From assembly GCA_040357565.1 (NCBI GenBank), contig JBDODJ010000015.1: 64,000 nt of DNA. The stretch is one strand, 5' to 3'. Below, one piece after another: positions 47,901 through 58,139 of this stretch (its first letter is position 1; every line of letters starts with the position of its first letter). This stretch comes from Cercozoa sp. M6MM. Lineage: Eukaryota; Protista; Endomyxa: Ascetosporea. The notes beneath the pieces were generated by a model, which saw only the letters and a program-made list of their open reading frames with translations, searched no databases and was not told the DNA's origin. The translations under genes were made by a program, and so were the position numbers.

Positions 47901-50824
47901 ATTTCCTTTTATACAAAAGAAGCCAAAACTTACATTCAGTGCAACGGCCAAAAGCAGCACAAGGAGTCCTGTCAAAATCCTTTGCTTCAGCACTGCTTTC
48001 TGCGAAAGCAGTCATACAAACACAGTTTGTAGATTAAAGAAACAGGAATGAAACAGTACCGAAGCCACTCGGCGACGGAACCTTGCACGTTCAAACGTTG
48101 CCTAAACATACACACGAACTGTAGCTATTACAGTAAATTGCTGGTCTTTCTTACATCGACACGCTGTGCTTCGGCATCAGTCTGTGCAGAAGTAACATCA
48201 ACAGACACAGGGATCGACATTGAAAAATGTACATGCACAGAAAGCGCAAGGTCCAGTTCAATCGCTGCACGTCTTTCGAGATTCCTTGCCTAATAACAAA
48301 AGCAAACTCAAAAAGAAAACAACCTAAAACACCCAACTTACAGCAATCAAATGTTCTGGCGCTTCGTCGTCGGGCACTGCGCTCTCAAAGTGCGTCAGAT
48401 CGTGTCTATACTCAACAAAAAACGACTTGCACCACATCGAATCAAACGAGCCAGAAAACGAACCGGCGCTGTGGAGCCGTGGCAATCAGATCACCGACGT
48501 GTGCAGCAACGTCTATGGTTTCAACCTGTTCAACAAAGATTGGGTCGACGGTTCGCTTGCCACTGTGGTCGGCAGTTTGATCGGCGGTTTGATCGGCGGT
48601 TTGATCGGCGGTTTGATCGGCGGTTAAATCGCCGTGGTCACCGATTTGTTCGGTGTGTTGATCCTGGTCGTGTAGTGAGTGCTCCACGAGGGTAACCATC
48701 TCGGTTTCGATCGGTGTGGCGACAGCGATGGTTCGCGGAGTCGCAGGTGTCAACACCGGTGCATGCGTGATTGGCATCGGTTCAGCAACGGTGAGTGAAG
48801 TCGACTGACCGATCAGTTGCTGTTGCATTTGCTCGAACGCCGGCGGCATCACCTGAGTCGTTGGATTGCTGTTCAAGCACACGCGTATCGTAACAAATGG
48901 ACGGAACAAATAGACGGGCTGATAGGACGGGACAAGGTACTGTTCGTGCCACAGTCGCACGTCGAGTGCAGTGCGAAACACTTTGGCAGCCGAGATCACT
49001 TGGTGCGCCTGTTTAGTCAACACGAAATACAATAGGTTTCAGAAAAGGGCAGTTACATCAGGTTTCAGAAAAGGCACCGCAACGAGTTGCTTCTGCTGCG
49101 CACGCTTCTGTCGCTGTCGCATGCGGCGCATCGTTATTGTCAGCTGCTCGGTCTGCTCGATCCGCGCGTGCAGTGGTTTCGGCACTGAAACAAAAACAAA
49201 AAAATGTCAAGCACACAGGAAGCATAAGGTAAGAGGATACACAGTGCACTGAGCCACATTGCAACAACCAGCGACGGCAGCAACACGACACAGAAAACCA
49301 GAATGTCCGTTTCACGTGCATCTTTCTTCAAACAGAACAGGTGATGATACAAGGCGAATCGAAGAGTAAAAGGGGAAGAGGTCCAAAGCACACCTGTGCA
49401 CTGGCACGCGACATGATCGACGTCACTTTTGGCAGGCACAGTCCGTGGAAACTGCACACAGACGCTGTCGCGCTGACGTGTGTAGCATCCCACTGCGTAT
49501 CAGACTTTCCAACTGCACTTGAGGGAAACTCGAAGTAAGAAAGATAACATAGGAGGATATAGAACTGTAGAAACCAGGTGCATTGTTCCACATGGACGCC
49601 GTTTTGTCAGACAGCTTGCGCCATTTTTCGTCACTCGAGCAATCACTCAGGTAGAACGCGTGCGTTTCCGCCTCAATTGTCACCAAGAGGTCGTTCTACA
49701 TGTGTCAAATAACAGTGAGTGGAAGGAAACTCAATGTACAAACAACACCTGCAAGCGGCACGTGCGATCGCGCACGAACGAAGCAATGTCAAATGTGGCA
49801 AACACGTGTAAGTTGCCACCGGGCAATCTCGCATGTTTCGTCAGCGTTGAATAACCTAGTTTATAAGGTCACGCCACAAGTACAACGCCACAGAAGTAAA
49901 GTTGCTACAATGAGGTCGATGTACCACTTCCGTAAATGTCATTTCGCACGTCCTCCAACTCTTCCACGGACGACCATCTAAAGGACAATAACAAATATGG
50001 CGAGCCGGAGCTCATGATTTTCATCAAACTCGACGAACCCAGTGTTGTTGTTCGAGACGCTTTGGAACGAAAACTGGCCTACAGAGCGCCTTTAAAGCTA
50101 GAAATACAATAACAGAGCAGAAGGTACCCTTAACGAAAGCGTCATCGAACTGGACCGAATCCAAGAGCTCTTGGGAAACTCCGTCAATGGTCTGAAGCAA
50201 GGGGCTTGAAGGCACTCTCTGCCGCGTAAAGTCGCGTCCCACCTGTTCATTTTTTGTATCCGTATAAACTGTGCAAGCTTACACATTTTACCGTTAGAGT
50301 ACCTGAATCAACTCGGTGGTCGATGTATTGGACAGCACGATGCCCAGCGAGTGCACGTAATTCTCCAGCTGGTACAACTCAAACGTCGACCTGAGAGGCT
50401 CTAACTGCAGTGTTTCGTTTCTACGGTAACACAACTAATCACAGAGACAACGGAGCACAAAAACAATATTACAACAAGGTCTCATCCAGCACGCCAGCAA
50501 AGGTGACATCGATCAGTTCAGACACTTTCAGAGTTGCCGTGTCCAGATCTGCCAGAAAAATGAGAGCAGATAAAAACGGAAGAGTGAATGAGGACTACCA
50601 AAGCGCACGTCTTCGATAGCGTCACCAGCAAGTGCAACGGCGCTGTCGCGAGCACTCAGTGTGACTGCACGTCGCCACTTCACATTACGGTATGTAAATG
50701 TTATTCAAGCATATCTAAAAAATCTTAGGACACAACTTACAGCGCCCCAGACAGCAATGACGTAGAACGCAATCGTCAGAACAAAGACGCCACGTAGCAC
50801 GATCAACTGAGTCGACCGACCCAT
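40514..50824 (-). CDS. Cache/dCache sensor - two-pore channel (TPC) fusion: TM-Cache-like-TM-linker-TM-dCache-TM-TPC
   Basis: About 38 in-phase GT-AG exons from ATG 50824 lead to the channel exons. dCache motif YEVSERPWY..Y..VVAVD. TPC hallmarks: S1 LLGFFEP, RP in S4, pore FISTGDNYFDIVYP, second pore LTMFRLFIEN, S6 TNVFVGLIL. One junction (44976 or 44985 to 44936) is inferred. Confidence 0.72.
41843..41953. repeat. 13-bp tandem repeat (GGTGTAAAGRGAG)n in a TPC intron
   Basis: Direct inspection. Confidence 0.85.
42381..42496. repeat. 15-bp tandem repeats (GCAATRGTTAAGGKW) in a TPC intron
   Basis: Direct inspection. Confidence 0.8.
48576..48625 (-). repeat. 12-bp coding tandem repeat encoding (TADQ)x4 in the cytoplasmic linker of the Cache-TPC protein
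   Basis: TTTGATCGGCGG x4 on the + strand. Confidence 0.9.
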
Positions 50825-50914
50825 CTCGACGAAACAAAAAATACGATCCTCCGCTAAAATGTGGCACACGACACCGTGCCGACAAGCGCGCACTGACACA
50901 CCTGTCAGCACACG

Positions 50915-51256
50915 TGTGAGCTACTTGTAAGGCTCAATAAAATGTACACGTGACCGAGAGTGCAGATGATGATTGTTTTTGACTGGCAGCCGCTGGGTTG
51001 AGTGGGATTGATTGGTCACACTGCCAAGCGACCCCTGCCCCGCGCTTTTGAACGAACCTTACTGCGCCCAAAGGTACCGTTCAGAAGGAGTTGTCGGGGT
51101 ACTACAGCTTAGCTCGCTTTTAAGAAGCGGCCAACCGCAAGAGGCAGGGATGGCGAAAATTCCTTTGAGGCTTGCCCCACATCGATGACCGTGATTTCTG
51201 CTGGGCTATTTCAACTGCTTCCTGTCGTCAGTGCCGCGGTGCTTTCTGATTGAACG
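50915..51256 (+). ncRNA. Candidate U3 snoRNA
   Basis: Ordered U3-like boxes: A' TACTT (50922), A-like AGGCTCA (50930), C' ATGATGA (50966), B GAGTGGGA (51000), C CGATGA (51183), D CTGA (51246). Nested stems GACTGGCAGC/GCTTCCTGTC, CCCTGCC/GGCAGGG and CTTTTGAACG/CGTTCAGAAG. No annotated ORF covers the region. Confidence 0.55.
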
Positions 51257-51372
51257 TTGACTAAATTAAATGCCGCCTTATGCCGGATACATTACTGTAC
51301 TTAAGGCGTACTATTTACAGTGATTTCTGCAGTGCAGCGCAGTCTCGACCGACCTGACGACAAGAGTCCCGT

Positions 51373-52177
51373 TCATTGCTGTTCTCGATCTCCCTTGCTG
51401 CTCACTCGAGTTTGGCACTGCTGTGCGAAAACAAGATGTCGAATCATCTGAACGCGTCGCTGCAACAAAACCTTCAGCACGAAGGCTCGCTGGTGCTCCA
51501 ACTGTGCTTGAAATGTCGACGTCCGAGTCGCTTCTCCTCGGTCTGTTCCTGTAGTCGCTGGAGATTTCAGGTCGAATCGCCCATTCGTGTCGGCGATGAC
51601 TCGGCAGGTGCGACGTCGACGCTGCAGGATAGCGTCGAACACTACCGTGTCTACACCTCCTCTCGTTCGACTTGAATCACTGCTTGAGGCACTATTTGGT
51701 GGCGTCGGTGTCGACTCCATGTGCAGAATGATCTTCTTCAAGGCCAAAGATGTCTTGCTGTTGCGGAGCCTGTTCGTAGCGAGCAATCACGCAGTATATA
51801 TCGGACAAAGAATTGAACCGAAGCGACGATACTCTTCAAGTCTCAGTTGGATTGAGGCGAGCATGGACTGTGTTTCAGGGGGGACGTACTTTTCTGGATA
51901 CACAACCACAGGGAACGATAAAGCTGTCGCACCTGTCGAACGCGTCTCGAAAAAGCCCTGTATGGCAGTGATGCAAGAGCTTTGTTCGATTCGCGCATCT
52001 CCGTGGCCTGTCGCTGGATTCTGTCACGAACACAAAGAATCAGCTGACGGTGGACCTCTCTGTCAGACCGTGTGAGAATGAATACGGTTCGTGCAATTGG
52101 TGAAGAAACGAAAGCACGCTGCGTGTTGCACGCGGGATGCAGTGTTGATGAAGACCCTGCACACGTGGTGTGGTTTT

Positions 52178-52208
<31 letters not shown>

Positions 52209-53646
52209 GAGACAATGTACCAATGAGTATGTCGTCATCGGCAGTCCCGCTGTTGTGTTTGAGATGCTGATGAAAGCTCGTTTCTTCGTGCTCCGCTGAA
52301 GCATTTCGAGTGAAGCACCGAACTGCTTGCTGTGCGTCTCATTGCGATTAAACGAAGCAAAACTCCACCTTCGAGAGCATCGACTGAGAGCTGTGTTGGG
52401 TGGCTGTGTGTCTCGGCACCTGCGGATACGCAGGAAGCACAGAAGGTGCGATAAATTTGGAGTTGTGAGTAAATCGTAAACGTAAGTTACAACCATGTGT
52501 GCCACATGCGAACTGATCTGTAGTGCTCCTTCTTGGCAGTTTGGTGCTGCAAAACAAAATCCGCCTCGCGAAACAGTTAGTTCCCTCAAAGATCTAAGTA
52601 GAAACGAACCTTCAAGTTGAGATGAGTGTGCGTCAAAACGAAATCCGCTGCCGCATCGAGTGCTTCGAGGTCTCGAATCTGAAGTGACATATGTTTCATA
52701 CTGAAAAACGAATTGTAAAATCAGAGCACCATTCGACGGAAACGAGTTCTGCGTTGTGCGGGCTTAAGAGTTTTTGGTCCGCGGTGTCGCCACTTGGACT
52801 CCACTGGGTGGCGCTTATCTGACGCTGATGACGACGAAAACTGAGTCAATCGCAGGACATTCTCGAACCCATCTCGTGTCAAACACATGTCATGGCAGTG
52901 GTCTTCCCAGCTGTGCGACACTGAACTACTTGCTCTGGCACTCAAATCGGTGGTCTCCGTCGACTCGCATGAGTCCGAGTCAATGTCAGTGCCGACAGGC
53001 GCGTCGTTCGCAGGCGGTGTTTTCTCTGACCGTCCAAATAGTGAACTACAGTTTCGCGTTCTACGATTGTTTGCGCGCCCGAGTCCGAACGGTCCTTCCT
53101 CACCAAACAGCGAACGAGAGATTCTCGACAGTTCAGGTGCTTTCAGAGTGAGTTCAGTGTAGTCTGCATGTCGGATTTTTAAAGTGAATTGCTACATGTA
53201 CAGTACAGTACCTTCGCTGTCGACTTCAATAGGTGGCACACCCTTCGGCAAACTCGGAACAGATTGAAGTAACTGCCTGTTGTATCCACGGTGCTCCCAG
53301 TCGCCAAAACAGCGACAGGGATTGAAAGCAGCAGAGTCACTTTGTTCCTCTGTTTCAAAGATTGAGGTTGAATTCACTCGGTCAAAATCGAACCGCGCAG
53401 GTCTTCGTTTGTTTGGCGTTTCGACATGTTGCCGTTTTTTCTTTCGAGGTCGTGCGTTAGGTGACACAACCTGCTCACGGCTGAAACTTTAGTAGCCCAC
53501 ACTTGCAAACGAGTGAGCTTTACCTTTTGTACAGTCTGGGATTGAGTCTGAGGTAGGCGTGAGCGTTTTTTCTTTCCCCGCGGATTGGCAATGACAAAAC
53601 TATTGTCAACGACTTCGGAGCAAAACAGACACGAACTCCCTGGCAT
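51373..53646 (-). CDS. Hypothetical protein, probably nuclear (basic clusters, Ser-rich)
   Basis: In-phase exons from MPGSSCLFC; KKKR and RKKKR motifs; 3' exons less certain. Confidence 0.5.
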
Positions 53647-53976
53647 GGCTTTGAGCCGTTCGATGGTGTATTTGCACTCTCGGTAAACTATTTTGCCAAT
53701 CAAAGCCGCTGAAAGCACACACACAGTCAGGGAAATGATGCAGTGTAATTATTTTAAATTTTCTCATATAAAATTAAGGCTGCGTTTGTGTGGAAGGTGC
53801 ATGCAGGGTGCAGTCAGTTAAACGAGCTTAAGCTACCGAATTGTCCCTTCTGGTTACTGAGAGTGGTCATATCACCTTCTCTCTGCTGAAACAGTGCGGT
53901 GTTGGCTGGTGAACCGTCGAACTGGTTGTCAAAAGTTGCAAATTGTGTTGACCACTGAGCACAACAACCTCGAGTG

Positions 53977-55400
53977 ATGCTTTTTCCGATCGCTCTTGTG
54001 GCTGCTCTGGTATCATGACTCAGCCCTATCGCTCTTTGGTGATGACTGATCTTCACTTAGGTGACTGTCGCTCTAGCGGGTCCCAGTGCCCAACTTTTGT
54101 CGCTGCAACAAAGGTAGCGCGACAGACTTTGGGTTCAGCTTTTGCTTGGGTGAAACGTTGATTGGCAATTTGCGCAGTGGATACAACGAGGATGACGCCT
54201 TGCGCCTGTTGCACTACTCCTATGCGTCGTACTGCCCGAAAAAGATGGTTAACGAGTGGACTTGTCCCTACTGCAAGGGCGACTTTGTGGTTCGCAACCG
54301 TCATTACAACGGAATCTGGCGTAACAACGCCGCAATTACCGGTACCCTTTGGACGCTTCTTGGTTTGTTCATCATTTACGTTCCTTTTGTTTGATTAGGG
54401 TACTCACCGTCGAATAAGGAGATCATTGTTGCCTTCCGTGGCACGCAAGCTCACTCGCTGCGCAACTGGATCACTGATCTCACTTTCTTCCGCACCAACA
54501 AGGTACCGCACGCACACATTTCCTTTTTTGACTTTATAGAATTGCTTGATTGCGGTTGGCGCAGGCTTTCCCTGGAGTCAAGGGTGCCAAGGTGCACAAG
54601 GGTTTCTGGAAGGCCTACAGCTCACTCAAGTCGGTGATCATGAGTGACATTGACGCCATGCTCGCACACGATTGCGTCGACTGTACCGTGCGCATCACTG
54701 GACACTCGCTTGGTGGCGCCATGGCTACTGTGTACCTTTCCTGCTCATTAAACCCCCCCCCCCTGACCATTATCCAAACTACCGTGTCTGTAGTGGAGCA
54801 GCTGATCTGGTGATCAACGAAGGCTACAAAAAAGTCGAACTGTTGTCGTTCGGTATGCCGCGAGTGGGCAACAAGAAGTTTGCGCGCGCTGTTGACGCCA
54901 ACCTCCGCGTGGGTCGTATCACCAAGGGTGCCGACATTGTGGTCTCACTGCCCATGACCTACCTTGGCTTCCGACACTTCCCGACCGAGGTGTACTACCG
55001 CAAGAGTGGCCTTGGTGGTTACCGCATCTGCAAAGGCGCCGAGGACAAGAAGTGTCTGCGTGGACGCAAGCTGCACTCGCTGACCGATCACCTGCAGTAC
55101 CTCGGAGTTAATTTCTTGGGCTGCTATCTGCCGCGTCAAGATGGTGAGCCGGACGAAGCGGCGTCCATCGACTACGAACGCGATGTTCGGTACTCCCGTG
55201 CTTTACATCTATAGCTGCGATATGCTTCTCTTCTCACCCGTGTTCCCTGTAGATCCGTCGAACCGATCGGGCAGGTCCTACAACGACTCGGAATCGATGT
55301 CGACGACGGCTTCGACATGGCCGCGCTTGATGCTGAAGTCAACATGAGCGACAAGGTCGACGGCTTTGCCGACTGGCATCACATTGTTGTGGACGAGTAA
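53977..55400 (+). CDS. Secreted class-3 (fungal-type) lipase
   Basis: Signal MLFPIALVAALVTVALA; IIVAFRGT..NWITDL; VHKGF; TGHSLGGA (nucleophile elbow); FGMPRVGN; DIV..LP; DHLQYLG. Confidence 0.93.
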
Positions 55401-55599
55401 ACTTGTGCCACTTCGATTCAAGACCCGCTGGCGACGGAATCCTTGTACATGTTCCGGTCGACTTGAACTGACGGTACTGGTACTACTCGCGAGTGGAACG
55501 CGAAGAAATGACTGGCTTCGACTCCCGTCCCATTGCACCATAGTATTTTCCTTTAACTGTTTCTTTCGCTTACGAGGCGAACTTGAACACGAGACGAGG

Positions 55600-57880
55600 T
55601 TACGCGACATTGGTTTGCGACATTGACTTGGTTAAGACAGTTAGCTGTTCAGGTGCCATCGAAGAAAGACGGCGCGGGAGGGGTGTGCCCACAGTGGTAT
55701 TCTCGAACGGCTAGTGCATCCATATAGTCTCAAAACTTCACGTTAGAAGCATTCATTATGACATACAGAAAGCGAGATAAATTTACTGGCTGCTGATTTT
55801 TAGTTGAAAGTAGCCTTGAAAAATACACCGGAGAAGGGGCGCGGCATGTTACAGCCGCAGTCACCTTTAGTTGCAGTCAGGGACGACGGCGATGGCGAGC
55901 TGCAACCGAATTTCGCGCGCACGGCAGGCGACGCGCAGGACTCGCGCCTGACGTTCAAGCTCGAGGTGCCTCCAGACGCTCGCGCTCGAGTCGTTCCTGC
56001 CGCTCGATCGTAAACTGTCCGTTTGATTGAGGAGCTAAGTTCGAGACTGAACGAACTAACTCTCTTCACTTCAATGACTGAATTAGGCGAGGGATTAGCA
56101 AATCGTCGCAATCGGTGGTACATTACAGTGTCTAGTATGTCCTCTAGCTACTTACCATACGTAACTTTACCGTCACACGCCGCGCAGTACTAGCTTGATT
56201 CAACGCAAGTTCACTGCACTCAGTGTGGTCGGACGCGATTCACGCGAAGGCACAAGCATGACAGACGCCAGACGTTCGCCAGTGAACAAAGGAAGCACAC
56301 CACTCATCGACAATACTGTGGCATGGAAGTTACCTGTCACAGCAACACGCTTTGGTGATAGAAACGAACTGAAGCACAGAAAACGCACCTGTGTCATCGC
56401 GCAAATCGAGTGTTTCTTTAGAAGGCCATTCGCTTTTTCGCGTGTTCTCTGTGACCGTGATATTAGTGCCATCTTTTTTATGCAGGTGTAGTCTAAAGTG
56501 CGCTCGCTCGCTTGAAGCAAACTCGGGACGATCAGGCAAGTTGCATCTATGAGGGGAGGGTAAGCGGGAAAAGGGGAAAAAGAGGCAGGAAAAGGCAATA
56601 AAGCGAACACAAACACTCATGTGTCAACGTACAAGAGTCTAATTTGAGTCAGTCGTCCACTTCCTTCTGCGTTTGGACTGAAGAAGAGATCCTGAACACA
56701 CAACTTCACGTCCGCGCGGAATACGAAGAACAACAGCATCGCTAACCAATCCGAGAGCACTATATCGCCATTGTTCCAGCGGTTCGTTGTGGTAGTTTCG
56801 CACGGCATATCTCCAGTCAGGATTGCCTGGAATCATGTATGTTTAGCACCAAAAGCAAGAGGCAAAGAAGTCAATATTTACCCAAGACACCGAATGCTTC
56901 CTGATGACACGAATCAAAACACAAAGTTTGCTCACCCACGGTAATAATTGTGGCGTTTTGTGTGCAATCTGAAAGCACGTGCTTTATTTAAATTGCGTTT
57001 TAAAAAAGACAAGGAGCCGAAAGTACCAATAAGACGTGCAGCCAGTGACGCGAAACCATTTCGAATACTATCTTCTCTTGCGTCTGTAGAACGTACGGAA
57101 TACAATCCAATAAATGCACGATAGTAGTACACGAACCGAGAAGCCCAGAACTGGGTGAGTGAACAAATGCAGCGTGTGCAACATCGACGTTCTCGTCGAA
57201 CATAAACGCAATCTGGGGATACTCGAGCAACACTTTTCTCTTGCCTTCCGCATTTGTAAAAGACTGCGGCGTCTTTGTTGGTCCCAAAACAACTTGGATT
57301 GTTTTCATTTTCGCCTCTACAGTGTCGCTGCGCAATCCAACTCACCCAAAAACAAATCTTAGCCAAAATATTCAAACCAATGAACTGGACATCTGATTTA
57401 CCCAATGAAAGCCTCGTTATTCAATCGAACGCGCACGCGACTTAAGTCTCTCAGTTGCACTGAGTACAGAAGCTGCAACTGCGCGTCGAACCGCAACCGG
57501 ATCTCGTGCTCGGACAAATTGAGCTCAATGTCATCGCTCTTGTTTGAAGTGATTTCACGCTGCTCTTCCACTTCCGTGGCGAAACTTACGTCTACGTGAT
57601 GGAACTGTAGAAAACAAACAACGTCATACACTCAAGAAACAAGTCGACTAAGTGTGGTATCAATGTTGCGCTGTACCAGCAAACCATTCTTTTGAAGATA
57701 CTTGATTACGTGGGTCAAGGACGTTCCTGCAAGCCAACTTTGTATGCTCTGCACTTCTCCCATTTCCTCACCCAACACCTCGTATCACCAACGTCTCCCC
57801 AAACACAGCACCTAGGGCGTCGACGTACCGATCCGAAAAGAGCCAATCCCATCCACCCCCAAGACTAAATCCAACGGCAT
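55600..57880 (-). CDS. PHAF1: PHAF1/C16orf70 (UPF0183)-family protein with a C-terminal low-complexity extension; 3' end uncertain
   Basis: GIGSFRIGTSLTHVI..LQKN..DIELNL..IRLRFDA..Q.L..V.L.DLSRVRV..LGPT..LEYPQIAFMF..YSALGLDLFF matches the UPF0183 pattern as I recall it. Confidence 0.7.
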
Positions 57881-58139
57881 CCTGGTCGCAACAAAGTACT
57901 GCAATAGCACGCTCAGTCAGAGTTTAACCTAATATAGTGTCGCTAAGATCTGTTATTGCACGGTGCAGGTGCAGTTTAATAAAAGCGAGTAGCCAAAAAC
58001 TCTTGATTTTGGCTGAAAAGCACATCAGCCGTGCTCACAACAGTGTGTGCAATAATAGGCGCTGTATAAGTGTCTCTTTTGGTCCTGTCATCTGAGAGAT
58101 CAAAGCTGACAGGGCCAGTCAGAAACCCGCTCTTTTCGC

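Noticed and set aside
55278-55610. Possible antisense coding overlap between the PHAF1-like gene and the lipase 3' end
   Set aside because: I could not splice the PHAF1-like frame into this ORF; all tested phases stop around 55600-55650
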